DNA of 64,000 bases, from positions 65,728 through 129,727 of the forward strand of contig JBFLWQ010000007.1 of the NCBI GenBank assembly GCA_040757775.1. The letters run 5' to 3'. This DNA comes from Thermodesulfobacteriota bacterium (GTDB taxonomy: Bacteria; Desulfobacterota; UBA8473). Of this stretch, positions 53,792-64,000 are shown piece by piece (position 1 is the first letter of the stretch; every line of letters begins with the position of its first letter). The notes beneath the pieces were generated by a model. The model was not told where the DNA came from. It did no database searches and saw only the letters and a list, made by a program, of their open reading frames with translations. A program made the position numbers and the translations under genes.

Positions 53792-56242
53792 TTAATTTAC
53801 AGATTGGTTTGTAACCTCCTGGATTCTTTCTTGTTCATAGAACTCCTCAGTAATCCCTTCATCCTCTTTCTTTTTCATAAAATTGTCAGGGTCATCCAGT
53901 ATCAAAGCCCTTTTCAAGACCTCATCCATATGCTCTACCATCACAATATATACTGTCTTTAAAATCTTGACAGGGACTTCCTTAATATCCTTTTCGTTCT
54001 CCTTAGGAATAATGATTGTCTTTATACCACCCCTGTGAGCAGCCAAAACCTTCTCTTTAAATCCACCAATGGGAAGGACCCTGCCTCTAAGGGTTATTTC
54101 CCCTGTCATAGCTATATCCTTCCTCACAGGTTTCCTAATCAACGCAGAGGTTATAGAGGTTGCTATGGTAATGCCAGCCGAAGGCCCATCTTTTGGTATA
54201 GCCCCTTCTGGAACATGTATATGTATATCAATGTTTTGATAAAAATTCCTTTCTAAACCAAAGAGTTCTGCCCTTGACCGAACATAACTCAGAGCAGCAT
54301 GGGCAGATTCCTGCATAACATCACCCAGTTTTCCAGTAACAGTCAGTTTTCCCTTGCCCGGCATAACTGTTACCTCTATAGCAAGTAATTCTCCCCCCAG
54401 TTCGGTCCAGGCAAGGCCAGTTGCAAGCCCCACTGTGTCATCATCTTCCGCTTTACCATATCTGTATTTAGGAACCCCCAAATACTTCTGAAGACTACTT
54501 GACTGAATCCTGACTTTTGTATTCTTCCCTTTTTTGGCGACCTCTTTTGCTACTTTCCGACAAATAGATGCTATCTCGCGTTCAAGGTTCCTGACACCTG
54601 CTTCCCTGGTATATCTACGGATTACGCCGAGAATAGAATGAAGTGAGAAAACAACATTTTTATCAGCCAGACCATGGGCTTCTATCTGTTTTGGAATCAA
54701 AAACTTTTTAGCTATATTCAATTTTTCTAATTCTGTATAACCAGCAATACGAATAACTTCCATACGGTCCTGCAGAGGGAGAGGGATTGAAAACAAAGTA
54801 TTTGCTGTAGTAATGAACATCACCTTAGAAAGATCATAATCTACATCTATATAGTGGTCGTTGAATGCCTGATTCTGTTCAGGATCCAATACTTCCATCA
54901 ATGCAGCTGATGGGTCTCCTCTAAAATCAGTGCTCATCTTGTCCACTTCGTCTAACAGGAATACAGGGTTATTTGAGCCCGCCTTCTTTATAGACTGGAT
55001 GATCTTACCAGGCATTGAACCAATATAAGTTCTACGATGCCCTCTTATCTCAGCTTCATCACGGACTCCACCAAGTGAACACCTTACAAACTTCCTTCCG
55101 GTTGCTCTTGCAATAGATTTGGCCAAAGAGGTTTTACCCACCCCAGGAGGACCCACGAGACAAAGGATTGGTCCCTTCATCTTCTTAACCAAGCTTTGAA
55201 CAGCAAGATATTCTACTATTCGTTCCTTAACCTGTTTTAACCCATAGTGATCCTCATCTAAAATTTTCTCAGCTTCTGTTATGTCCAATTTATCTTCAGT
55301 TTCATCATACCAGGGAAGGGAGATCAACCAATCTATATAATTGCGTACCACTGTGGCTTCAGCAGACATAGGGGCCATCATTTTAAGCTTTTTAAACTCT
55401 TTTTCGACCTTTGTTGTTGCCTCCTTTGACATCCTTTTCTTTTTAATATTTTCTTCTAGTTCCTTAAGCTCAGTCTTAAACTCATCCTTTTCCCCCATCT
55501 CTTTTTGAATTGCCCGCATCTGTTCGCTGAGGTAGTACTCTTTTTGGCTCTTCTCCATCTGCTTTCTAACTCTGGTCTTAATCTTCTTTTCTATCTGGAG
55601 GATTTCAATTTCAGACTCAATTAGTTGGAACAGTTTCTCTAATCTCTCTGCGGTATTGAAAGTTTCTAAAATATCTTGTTTATCCTCCAACTTAATATTT
55701 ACATGAACAACAATAGTATCGGCTAATCGACTCGGGTCATCAATGGACAATACGGAAGATAGCATATCCTGGGAGATTTTTTTATTCAGTCTGACGAAAA
55801 TCTCAAAGGAATCTTTAAGATTCCGCATCAATGCCTCAATTACATTGGTTATTTTCTGAAAATCATTTACCTCCTCAACACTCACCTGCAAGAACTGTGT
55901 ATTGGGAATAATTCTCCTTATCACTGCCCTTTTTTTACCCTCAATAAGAACCTTAACTGTTCCATCCGGTAGTTTTAAAAGCTGAAGGATGGTGCTCAAA
56001 GTCCCAACCCTGTAAATATCATCATCTGAAGGGTTGTTAACCTTAGCATCCTTTTGGGTAGTCAGGAACAAGCTTTTTTCATTCTTTAGAGCATATTCCA
56101 ATGCATCTATCGACTTTTCCCTACCAACAAACAGTGGCACCACCGAATAAGGAAATACTACAATATCCCTAAGGGGCAGCAAAGGATATATACTTTCAAC
56201 ACTAGGTGCGTTATTAGAGCCTTTGGAAAGTTTGAACAACAT
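53792..56242 (-). CDS. lon: ATP-dependent protease Lon (paralogue 2, in the tig-clpP-clpX-lon cluster)
   Basis: GPPGVGKTS and PKDGPSAG. About 55% identity to lon-1 by eye. Confidence 0.95.
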   Translation of the reverse strand: MLFKLSKGSNNAPSVESIYPLLPLRDIVVFPYSVVPLFVGREKSIDALEYALKNEKSLFLTTQKDAKVNNPSDDDIYRVGTLSTILQLLKLPDGTVKVLIEGKKRAVIRRIIPNTQFLQVSVEEVNDFQKITNVIEALMRNLKDSFEIFVRLNKKISQDMLSSVLSIDDPSRLADTIVVHVNIKLEDKQDILETFNTAERLEKLFQLIESEIEILQIEKKIKTRVRKQMEKSQKEYYLSEQMRAIQKEMGEKDEFKTELKELEENIKKKRMSKEATTKVEKEFKKLKMMAPMSAEATVVRNYIDWLISLPWYDETEDKLDITEAEKILDEDHYGLKQVKERIVEYLAVQSLVKKMKGPILCLVGPPGVGKTSLAKSIARATGRKFVRCSLGGVRDEAEIRGHRRTYIGSMPGKIIQSIKKAGSNNPVFLLDEVDKMSTDFRGDPSAALMEVLDPEQNQAFNDHYIDVDYDLSKVMFITTANTLFSIPLPLQDRMEVIRIAGYTELEKLNIAKKFLIPKQIEAHGLADKNVVFSLHSILGVIRRYTREAGVRNLEREIASICRKVAKEVAKKGKNTKVRIQSSSLQKYLGVPKYRYGKAEDDDTVGLATGLAWTELGGELLAIEVTVMPGKGKLTVTGKLGDVMQESAHAALSYVRSRAELFGLERNFYQNIDIHIHVPEGAIPKDGPSAGITIATSITSALIRKPVRKDIAMTGEITLRGRVLPIGGFKEKVLAAHRGGIKTIIIPKENEKDIKEVPVKILKTVYIVMVEHMDEVLKRALILDDPDNFMKKKEDEGITEEFYEQERIQEVTNQSVN

Positions 56243-56303
56243 TATTCTGCATCCTCTTGATCAGATGTGTCCTTTATGAAACAACAACGTACAGTCTATA
56301 AAA

Positions 56304-57557
56304 TTACGCAGATTCTGCTTTCTTTTCGTATACAAGTATAGGATTTTCTTTTTTTTGAACTACTTCTTCGGTTATAACACATTCCCGGATGTTCGATTGA
56401 GATGGCAGTTCGTACATAATGTCCAGCATAATATTTTCCATAATCGACCTCAGTCCTCTTGCCCCTGACCTCCGCTTCTGAGCCTCTTTTGCTATTGCTA
56501 CCAGAGCATCATTGGTAAAATTAAGACCAACTTTTTCAAATTCAAATAGCTTTCTATATTGCTTCACCAGAGCATTTCTTGGTTCCTTTAATATCCTTAC
56601 CAGGTATTCCTCAGACAGGTCACTTAAAGTAGCTATTACTGGTAATCTTCCAATAAATTCCGGGATTAAACCATATTTTAATAGATCCTCTGGCTGAACC
56701 TTTATCAGAATATCACTAACCTGTTTTCCCTCATTACTCCTGATCTCTGATCCAAAACCAATTGAACTTCCCCTTATTCGTCTCTGGATAATCTCCTCTA
56801 TACCATGAAATGCCCCCCCACAGATAAAAAGGATGTTGGTTGTATCTACTTGAAGAAATTCCTGTTGAGGGTGTTTTCTACCACCTTTAGGGGGAACACT
56901 GGCTACTGTACCTTCGATGATTTTCAGAAGGGCCTGTTGTACCCCTTCTCCTGATACATCCCTGGTAATGGAAGGACTGTCAGATTTCCGGGAGATTTTA
57001 TCAATCTCATCTATGTACACAATACCCTTTGATGCCTTTTCAACATCATAATCCGCAGCCTGCAATAAAGCAAGTATAATATTTTCTACATCCTCCCCAA
57101 CATATCCAGCCTCGGTAAGGCTTGTAGCATCTGCAATAGCAAAAGGAACATGGAGAATTTTAGCAAGAGTCTGCGCTAACAGGGTTTTGCCGCAACCTGT
57201 AGGCCCGATAAGTATAATGTTGCTCTTTTGAAGTTCAACGCCGTTCAGATCTATCTTGGAGTTTATCCTCTTGTAGTGGTTATGTACTGCAACAGAAAGA
57301 ATCTTTTTTGCCCTTTCCTGTCCTATAACGTATTCGTCCAGGAATTTCTTTATCTCAAAGGGTTTCGGAACCATGAAGCGCCCATCGTAACTCTCTTCTT
57401 TTTCAAACTCCTCGGCAATAATATCATTGCAAAGTTCAATACATTCATCACAGATGTAGACGGTAGGACCAGCTATCAGCTTTTTTACTTCCTTTCTTCC
57501 TTTGCCACAAAATGAGCAGCTTAAATTCTCAACTATATCATCATCTTTCCTATCCAC
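56304..57557 (-). CDS. clpX: ATP-dependent Clp protease ATP-binding subunit ClpX
   Basis: C4 zinc finger CSFCGK...CDEC, Walker A GPTGCGKT, and an IGF-like loop. Confidence 0.97.
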   Translation of the reverse strand: MDRKDDDIVENLSCSFCGKGRKEVKKLIAGPTVYICDECIELCNDIIAEEFEKEESYDGRFMVPKPFEIKKFLDEYVIGQERAKKILSVAVHNHYKRINSKIDLNGVELQKSNIILIGPTGCGKTLLAQTLAKILHVPFAIADATSLTEAGYVGEDVENIILALLQAADYDVEKASKGIVYIDEIDKISRKSDSPSITRDVSGEGVQQALLKIIEGTVASVPPKGGRKHPQQEFLQVDTTNILFICGGAFHGIEEIIQRRIRGSSIGFGSEIRSNEGKQVSDILIKVQPEDLLKYGLIPEFIGRLPVIATLSDLSEEYLVRILKEPRNALVKQYRKLFEFEKVGLNFTNDALVAIAKEAQKRRSGARGLRSIMENIMLDIMYELPSQSNIRECVITEEVVQKKENPILVYEKKAESA

Positions 57558-57644
57558 TTATTTCCTCCCTATTGTCTACCACCCACCCCCTCAGCCCCCC
57601 CTTTGGAAAAGGAGGGCTTGGGGGTTCAAATGGAATAACACCTA

Positions 57645-58235
57645 CTACACAGATGCCTTCTTTTTAATAACTTCATCAATAATTCCGTATTCCTTAGCTT
57701 CCTCGCTGCTCATAAAAAAATCTCGCTCTGTCTCTCTTTGTATTTTTTCTAAAGGCTGCCCAGTGTGATAAACCAATATCTCATTTAACCTCTCTCTTAT
57801 CTGGAGAATCTCCTTAGCATGGATCTCTATATCTGTAGCCTGTCCCTGGAATGCACCCAGAGGCTGGTGTAGCAATATTCGGGAATGGGGAAGGGCATAT
57901 CTCTTACCCGGTTCTCCTGCTGCCAAAAGCAACGCTCCCATACTTGCAGCCTGTCCCATACATAATGTTGAAACCTTGGGTTTTATGTACTGCATGGTGT
58001 CATAGATAGCAAGGCCAGAAGTGACTATACCGCCCGGCGAATTAAGATAAAGGTGAATATCCTTGTCAGGATCCTCAGACTCTAAAAATAACATTTGGGC
58101 AATAACCAGATTAGCCACTGTGTCATCTATAGGAGTGGCTATGAATATAATCCTCTCTTTTAGCAAACGGGAATAAATATCATAAGCCCGCTCTCCACGG
58201 CCAGTCTGTTCAATCACTATTGGAATCAGTGTCAT
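57645..58235 (-). CDS. clpP: ATP-dependent Clp protease proteolytic subunit ClpP
   Basis: GQAASMGA Ser nucleophile context, with His and Asp present. Confidence 0.97.
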   Translation of the reverse strand: MTLIPIVIEQTGRGERAYDIYSRLLKERIIFIATPIDDTVANLVIAQMLFLESEDPDKDIHLYLNSPGGIVTSGLAIYDTMQYIKPKVSTLCMGQAASMGALLLAAGEPGKRYALPHSRILLHQPLGAFQGQATDIEIHAKEILQIRERLNEILVYHTGQPLEKIQRETERDFFMSSEEAKEYGIIDEVIKKKASV

Positions 58236-59529
58236 TTTTCCTTCTTTCTATTTCTTTTATGTTAGCCTTTTCAATTATAAAATCAAGGGTTTTTTCTGTT
58301 TTAAGTCCACTCTTCAATCTCTCTCTAGCTTCGTCTCCTTTGTAATGATTTCTAACAACTTCAACATTATGCCCGGAATTTTCTGCAATTTCAAGTATCT
58401 TATCTTCAATATATCTTTCGTCTACCTCTATGGATTCCTTTTTTGCAATCTCTTCAAGGAGGAAACCGACTTTCACCTCTTTTTCAGCCTGGTCTTTATA
58501 GCTTTCTCTAATGCTATTAGCAGATATACCAACCTGCTCCATACTTACCCCCTGAAGAGACAGCCGCATCTGTGTTTCTTTTATCTTATCCTGAAGATGT
58601 TGATTGACTAATGAAGGCGGAACTTCAAAGGCATTTACCTCAACCAATTTATTTAAAAGTTGGTCTCTAAGGTTAGCTTCTATTCTGATTTTATCTAGCC
58701 TTTCTAAATTTTCTCTTATCTTTTGTTTAAGTTTCTCTAATGTCTCAAATTCTCCTAAATCCTTGGCAAAGTCATCATTTAACTCAGGTAGAATCTTCTC
58801 TTTTATCCCTTTTATTTTGACTTTAAAGGTTACCTCTTTACCCGCTAAATCCTTTTTACTGTATTCCTCTGGCAGGGTTATCTGAATATTTCTTTCATCC
58901 CCTTTTTTTAGTCCAGGCAACTGCTCTTCGAAATCCGGGGAAAAGGATCCAGACCCCACCTCTAGCAAATGATCGGCAACCTTTTCCCCATCAATTGCTT
59001 TCACATCCCAAAACCCCTCATAATCAATAACAACAAAATCCCCAACCTTAATGGGGCGAGATTCCTCTACCTCTCGTAACTGTGCGTTTGATCGCTGCAA
59101 CTCTGCAAGTTTTTTATCTATATCTTCTTCGGATATATTTATTTTACCCTTCTCTAACTCTATACCTATATAACCCCTGACATCTATCTCAGGTTTAACT
59201 TCAACTTTGGCAGAATAGGTAAATTCCTTACCTATCTCCAAAACATTATTGTCTATCAATGGCTGTGAAACAGGTGTTATATTTTTTTCTTCCAGTATTT
59301 TAAAGTAAGAATCATTTACAAGCTTTATGATAACCTCGCCTTCCACCTCTCTCTTATAGTATCTTTCAAGAATACTTCTGGGAACCCTGCCCTGACGGAA
59401 ACCTTTTACCTTAGCCTTCCTTCGTAAATCCTCATAGGCAGAATTCAACTCACTTGTAACCAATTCTTTTGGCAGGGTAACACTAAACTTTTTTTCGACA
59501 GGGCTTATCTCTTCTATTTCTATCTTCAT
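58210..59529 (-). CDS. tig: Trigger factor
   Basis: N-terminal ribosome-binding GFRxGxxP (KGFRQGRVP) and an FKBP-like middle domain. Confidence 0.93.
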   Translation of the reverse strand: MKIEIEEISPVEKKFSVTLPKELVTSELNSAYEDLRRKAKVKGFRQGRVPRSILERYYKREVEGEVIIKLVNDSYFKILEEKNITPVSQPLIDNNVLEIGKEFTYSAKVEVKPEIDVRGYIGIELEKGKINISEEDIDKKLAELQRSNAQLREVEESRPIKVGDFVVIDYEGFWDVKAIDGEKVADHLLEVGSGSFSPDFEEQLPGLKKGDERNIQITLPEEYSKKDLAGKEVTFKVKIKGIKEKILPELNDDFAKDLGEFETLEKLKQKIRENLERLDKIRIEANLRDQLLNKLVEVNAFEVPPSLVNQHLQDKIKETQMRLSLQGVSMEQVGISANSIRESYKDQAEKEVKVGFLLEEIAKKESIEVDERYIEDKILEIAENSGHNVEVVRNHYKGDEARERLKSGLKTEKTLDFIIEKANIKEIERRKNDTDSNSD

Positions 59530-59559
59530 CTAATCCTCGGGTAAAGAAATAAATAAACT

Positions 59560-59647
59560 TGGTGCGAGAGGGGGGATTTGAACCCCCACCCGACTGAGGC
59601 GGGCTGGATCCTAAGTCCAGTGCGTCTGCCAGTTCCGCCACTCTCGC
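59560..59647 (-). tRNA. tRNA-Leu (TAG), long variable arm
   Basis: GCGAGAGTGGCGGAACTGGCAGAC...CTTAGGA loop. Confidence 0.85.
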
Positions 59648-59721
59648 TAGGACATCGGGGACAGGTTTAAAATCTGCCTCTATTGTCTTTCCAATTACAG
59701 AGCGAAAAGTGCCTAAGTTTA

Positions 59722-59797
59722 TGGTGGGCCGTGTAGGGATCGAACCTACGACCTACTGATTAAGAGTCAGTTGCTCTACCAATTGAGCTAACGGCCC
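59722..59797 (-). tRNA. tRNA-Lys (CTT)
   Basis: GGGCCGTTAGCTCAATTGGTAGAGC...CTCTTAA loop. Confidence 0.85.
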
Positions 59798-59803
59798 TTT
59801 GTT

Positions 59804-59880
59804 TGGTACGCCCGGTCCGACTCGAACGGACGACCTGCGGATTCGAAGTCCGACGCTCTATCCAACTGAGCTACGGGCGC
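59804..59880 (-). tRNA. tRNA-Arg (TCG)
   Basis: GCGCCCGTAGCTCAGTTGGATAGAGC...CTTCGAA loop. Confidence 0.8.
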
Positions 59881-59881
59881 A

Positions 59882-59959
59882 TGGGGTGAGTGAAGGGATT
59901 CGAACCCTCGACCACTGGAGCCACAATCCAGTGCTCTAACCAACTGAGCTACACTCACC
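59882..59959 (-). tRNA. tRNA-His (GTG) with G-1
   Basis: GGTGAGTGTAGCTCAGTTGGTTAGAGC...TTGTGGC loop. Confidence 0.85.
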
Positions 59960-59987
59960 ATAGTAATTAAATTATAAGACTAGTTTC

Positions 59988-60064
<77 letters not shown>

Positions 60065-60082
60065 CCGTATTTACAACCTTAA

Positions 60083-60161
<79 letters not shown>

Positions 60162-60199
60162 TCAAAAAGATTGTTAAATAGCACATAACCAAAAATATT

Positions 60200-60808
60200 T
60201 CAACCTTTTTCTATCCTTTTTAGATACTCTTTCAGCACAACTCTCAGCTTTTCCATAGCCTTTGCCCGATGGCTGATTTTGTTCTTTATCCCTGGTGGTA
60301 ACTCTGCAAAGGTTTTTCCATACTCAGGAACAAAAAATAGAGGGTCATACCCGAAACCAAATTTACCTCTTTCCTCAAATTGAATTATTCCCCTACATTC
60401 ACCCTCAACAATATCTTCCTTTCCCTCAGGTGCAACAACAGCGATTACACACCTGAACGTAGCACCCCTTTTGTAGAGTGGAACACCCTCAAGTCTTATA
60501 AGTAACTCCTTGTTGTTTGCATCATCATTGGCATTTTCCCCGGCAAACCTGGCAGAATAGACCCCTGGCTTTCCATTAAGGAAATCCACCTCTAATCCTG
60601 AATCATCAGCAACCGTAATCTTTTTGGTTAAAGAAGCTATGGCTTTTGACTTTATTAAGGCATTTTCTCGAAAGGTTGAGCCACTTTCCTGTATAGCAAG
60701 CACTTCGGGGATATCTTTAAGGGATAAAACCTTAAGATTTAGTCCCTTAATCAATTCTTTAATCTCTCGTAACTTCCCTTCATTCCTGGTTGCCAGAACA
60801 ATTTCCAT
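60200..60808 (-). CDS. rdgB: Non-canonical purine NTP pyrophosphatase (RdgB/HAM1)
   Basis: MEIVLATRNEGKLREI...GFGYDPLF. Confidence 0.9.
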   Translation of the reverse strand: MEIVLATRNEGKLREIKELIKGLNLKVLSLKDIPEVLAIQESGSTFRENALIKSKAIASLTKKITVADDSGLEVDFLNGKPGVYSARFAGENANDDANNKELLIRLEGVPLYKRGATFRCVIAVVAPEGKEDIVEGECRGIIQFEERGKFGFGYDPLFFVPEYGKTFAELPPGIKNKISHRAKAMEKLRVVLKEYLKRIEKG

Positions 60809-61531
60809 TTAGAAAAGATACCCTATCATCTCTCTTTGTTTTGCAATCAGTTCTCCTATTCCTTTGGATGCAAGCTCAGTCATTTTATCTATCTGGTCTT
60901 TTGAAAAAGCCTTCCTCTCTGCAGTACCCTGTATTTCAACAAACAAACCGCTACCAGTCATTACAAAATTCATATCTACTTCAGCATTAGAATCTTCCTT
61001 ATAATTTAGATCAAGAAGCATCTGTCCATCCACCATGCCTACACTGAGGGCAGCTACGTAATCTAAAATTGGCATTTTGTCAATCTCCCCCTTTGCTTTC
61101 AGTGTATGGAATGCTTCAGCCAAGGCGATAAAGGCTCCTGTAATGGATACCGTCCTTGTACCACCATCTGCTTCTATAACATCACAATCCAGCAAGATGG
61201 TTCTTTCACCAAATCTCTTCAGGTCGGTAACGACCCTCATAGAACGGCCAATCAATCTCTGTATTTCATGAGTTCTGCCTCCTTTTTTTCCAGTAGATGA
61301 CTCCCTAACTGTACGCACCATAGTTGATCTTGGTAACATTGAATATTCAGCAGTTATCCAACCCTGATTTGCATTCTGTAAAAAAGGGGGGACCCTGTTT
61401 TCTACAGTAGCGGTACATATTACTCTGGTATTACCCATCTCAATCAAGACCGAGCCTTCTGCGTGTTTTATGTAATCTTTTGTTATAGCTACCTTACGTA
61501 TTTCATCGGGCATACGCCCATCATTTCTCAT
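60809..61531 (-). CDS. rph: Ribonuclease PH
   Basis: RxDGR start ([12 protein letters not shown]) and an RNase PH fold. Abuts rdgB. Confidence 0.93.
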   Translation of the reverse strand: MRNDGRMPDEIRKVAITKDYIKHAEGSVLIEMGNTRVICTATVENRVPPFLQNANQGWITAEYSMLPRSTMVRTVRESSTGKKGGRTHEIQRLIGRSMRVVTDLKRFGERTILLDCDVIEADGGTRTVSITGAFIALAEAFHTLKAKGEIDKMPILDYVAALSVGMVDGQMLLDLNYKEDSNAEVDMNFVMTGSGLFVEIQGTAERKAFSKDQIDKMTELASKGIGELIAKQREMIGYLF

Positions 61532-61731
61532 TGTCTCTCCTGACTTTTTAGGATGTGATACATTCTTGATACCTTTGGAGCCAACTGTTTCAAGGTCTCT
61601 TCCCTCATACTCTGGATCAATTATAACCGCATATAAGTTTCAGGGAGGCACTAAAAAGAAAAAGACGTGAATGAACAAGTCCCGTACTATAAAAGTACGG
61701 GACAGGCAACTATTTAATTTCCTCAAATCAT

Positions 61732-62083
61732 TGGTGGAGGCGGCGGGAATCGAACCCGCGTCCGAAGATATTCCACTTAAGCATCTACATACTTAGCCTG
61801 TATTTTAGTTTCGCATTTTAAAGCCCCTACAGGCAGGGTCATTAAAACACTAGCTTATTTTTGGTTTGCCCCCTTTATATAAGCATCAAAAGGAGACTAT
61901 CCTGCTAGTCGGCGCTCCATCCAGCCCCGCAGGAAAGACTGGGGGAACGTTAGCCGCTTTAAGCGGCTAAGGCATATTCGTAGTTGTCTGCGATTATGTT
62001 TAGATCCTATTGTTTTACGAGTGAATAGGACCTCGGTATGCAGCTCAGGCTTCAACTATCCCCGTCGAAACCATGTCGCCCCC
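61732..62083 (-). ncRNA. ssrA: tmRNA (ssrA), tag peptide ADNYEYALAA
   Basis: 5' GGGGGCGACAUGGUUUCGACGGGG, a tag ORF GCAGACAACUACGAAUAUGCCUUAGCCGCUUAA, and a 3' tRNA-like end ...GGUUCGAUUCCCGCCGCCUCCACCA. Confidence 0.9.
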
Positions 62084-62163
62084 TAAATTATTCTTGCCAG
62101 TACAAATAATTAATAATGTAGAAAAACGGAGGGGTTTTATTTAACTTATTTCAAAGAGCCTGG

Positions 62164-62634
62164 TTACTTATTGAACCTTAATGACCTTTCTAAATCTCTT
62201 TTTTCCGTTTCCTTTTTTATGCTTTCCCTCTTATCGTAGAGTTTCTTGCCCCTTGCCAGTCCTAGTTCTACTTTTGCCTTTCCATTTTTTAAATACATAC
62301 TCAGAGGGATAAGAGTCATCCCCCTCTCATTAATCTTTCCAATCAACCGCTTTATTTCTACCTTATGCAGGAGCAACTTGCGCTCTCGGAGTGGGTCATG
62401 ATTGAATTGATTGGCATGTTCATAAGGAGAAATGTGTGTATTTATTAAAAACAGCCCTCCATTCTTTATCTTAGCATAGCTGTCTTTTAGACTTACTTTT
62501 CCCAGCCTGCATGATTTTATCTCACTGCCTTTAAGCACAATACCTGCTTCGTATTTCTCATCAATAGAATAATCATGCCATGCCTTTCTATTTTTACATA
62601 TCATTTTTTCAGAGAATGATTTCTTTGCTACCAT
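62164..62634 (-). CDS. smpB: SsrA-binding protein SmpB
   Basis: NRKAWHDYSIDEKYEAGIVLKGSEIKS is canonical SmpB. Confidence 0.95.
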   Translation of the reverse strand: MVAKKSFSEKMICKNRKAWHDYSIDEKYEAGIVLKGSEIKSCRLGKVSLKDSYAKIKNGGLFLINTHISPYEHANQFNHDPLRERKLLLHKVEIKRLIGKINERGMTLIPLSMYLKNGKAKVELGLARGKKLYDKRESIKKETEKRDLERSLRFNK

Positions 62635-62669
62635 CTACCATCTTAGACCTTTGAAAATTTATACAAACT

Positions 62670-62761
62670 GTCATTGCGAGGACCAGAGCGACGTGGCAAT
62701 CTCTTTGATAATCAGCCCGTTATGAGATTGCTTCATCCGCCTCTGGCGGATTCGCAATGAC
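62670..62761. repeat. MITE-like repeat copy B (92 bp), GTCATTGCGAG ... TTCGCAATGAC inverted termini
   Basis: 10/11-bp TIR. Internal blocks are shared with copy A (18915-18988). Confidence 0.6.
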
Positions 62762-62931
62762 AAATTGGGCATTCTTCAAAGCTCTCCATCTATATCGGGG
62801 AACTATACTAAAACATAATCAAAAAATGAATGCTGAAGCGAAAAGAGATATTTTTTGTATTGTAATACAGAGACGAAAAGATGTCAAGAGAACACACTAT
62901 CCGGTAGTGTCCTAATTTAAACCTTGAACAA

Positions 62932-63201
62932 TTGGAGATTATATTATATATTATAATAAATGGTGACAAGATGGATTTTGTTTATATTAAATGGTTAGAT
63001 TCTAAAAGTGCTTCTAATGAATGGGAATATTTAGAAGAGATTGAGTCATTAAAACCTGTATTTTGTGAATCTATTGGGTTTTTAATAGAAAGCAATGAAG
63101 AATATAAAACATTGGCTTCCACTATTAGTGAAAGCCAAGTTTTGGGCAGGATAACCATTCCTTCTTGCTCAATTGTTAATTATCGGGTATTATCCCAATA
63201 A
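62932..63201 (+). CDS. Hypothetical small protein in an AT-rich region next to the IS
   Basis: ORF only. No motif recognised. Confidence 0.25.
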   Translation: MEIILYIIINGDKMDFVYIKWLDSKSASNEWEYLEEIESLKPVFCESIGFLIESNEEYKTLASTISESQVLGRITIPSCSIVNYRVLSQ

Positions 63202-63373
63202 TTATTATCTTTTCTTTTTTTTGTCAGGGCGTTGCGTTAGGGCTGAACCAGCAACGCTCTTGACTTTTTGGGGCGTCTTAGGGTCTTTAAGAAGTTTGGA
63301 AGCAATTGTTCCAACTTTCTTAGATGTTCTTTCATTTTTTGCCATTCTATCACCTCCCTTCTAATAAATTTGG

Positions 63374-64000
63374 TTATCCTGCCCAATTTAGAATTTCTTC
63401 AAAAGACCAAATATGATCTGTAATCCCTGCTGCCATTGAAGGCGTAATCCTCAGTGTAGTATGAATTCTCACAAAATTGTAATGTGCAAAGTGTAATGCC
63501 ACGGCTGCTTTCAGGTTTTTGATCTTTTTACTGAAAGCATTGGTTAAACGAGTGAAGCGTCTGCTTTGCATCCTCACAGTGAGATTTTGCCTTTCCACGT
63601 ATGAAGTGCAAATCTTAGCTGGATTGGGATTTCCTATAATATATTGTTTCGTTGTGGAAATGACTTTTGGTGTGCTATACTTACCAGCACTGATCGGCTC
63701 CGCTTCATACGATTTTACAATTTGTGCATAATCGACATTGCCGCCAAAAGCGAAATCTATCGCATCTACATACGCCCTCAATTTATCCGAACTTATTTGA
63801 ACTCTATTAGTAAGGCGTGATTCTAAGTCGGTAATAAACGCATACGCTGTAGCAAAATCACGTTTTCCAACTTTGTATGCTGGAATTAATTTGGTGTCTG
63901 GATCAAGCGCAACAAATGTGTAAAAATCGCCAACCTCATTAGGATTGTCAGTTGTCTTAATGTGGCGCTGTTTTTTGCCGACGTATGCCCATAACTCATC
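63374..64000 (-). mobile_element. IS1-family-like DDE transposase gene, 5' part beyond window end
   Basis: The open frame reaches the window edge. Residues ...DELWAYVGKKQ... and C-terminal ...HYNFVRIHTTLRITPSMAAGITDHIWSFEEIL resemble IS1 InsB-like transposases. Family assignment is from memory. Confidence 0.55.

Noticed and set aside
63226-63345. 39-codon minus-strand ORF with a strong GGGAGGTG SD downstream of the IS transposase
   Set aside because: It has no recognisable family. It could be real but cannot be supported from sequence alone, so it is mentioned only under the IS finding.

Overview
A 64-kb chromosomal window, about 40-45% GC, from a Gram-negative-type bacterium. The lineage cannot be determined from the sequence alone. 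Most of it is conserved housekeeping DNA, listed in order. It opens with a 5'-truncated dnaN, followed directly by an F1F0 ATP synthase operon (b', b, delta, alpha, gamma, beta, epsilon) that has no a or c subunit gene, then glmU-glmS and gatC-gatA. Next come an M23 peptidase, mscS, an FmdB zinc-ribbon protein, murJ, ogt, a xer recombinase, hslV / hslU, argB and a nitroreductase. After the island described below come thiL, lon-1, a DinG/XPD-like helicase, ssb, alaS and a bamD-like lipoprotein. Further on are a PlsC-like acyltransferase, a DUF4390-NtrY-like kinase-NtrX-like sigma-54 regulator module, a methylmalonyl-CoA-mutase-like large subunit, an alpha/beta hydrolase, an OmpA/TSP3 protein and a B12-radical-SAM protein. 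The window ends with tRNA-Asp and tRNA-Val, then lon-2-clpX-clpP-tig, a six-tRNA cluster, rdgB-rph, ssrA (tmRNA) and smpB. The accessory part is an AT-rich island at about 22.0-30.3 kb, between the nitroreductase and thiL. It carries a 1127-aa PLD-nuclease::SNF2-helicase fusion and a 1127-aa MmeI/PglX-like gamma-class N6-adenine methyltransferase whose PD-ExK nuclease motif appears degenerate. I read this as a two-gene DISARM-like or type-III-like restriction-modification/defence candidate, though the class call rests on recalled domain families rather than a search. Downstream is a cassette-like structure: a 68-bp direct repeat (the MTase 3' end plus a Shine-Dalgarno) flanks a DUF4258/DUF2283 toxin-antitoxin pair, and a second copy precedes a frameshifted RAYT/IS200-like transposase pseudogene. 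A 30-codon remnant of a COG1373-type ATPase sits between the two large genes. The MTase reading frame stops one nucleotide (a T before an A6 run) short of its conserved C-terminal helix. Other mobile or repetitive elements are a MITE-like repeat family with GTCATTGCGAG inverted termini (one copy splits hslV from hslU, one lies beside smpB) and an IS1-family-like transposase at the 3' edge. No CRISPR array was found.
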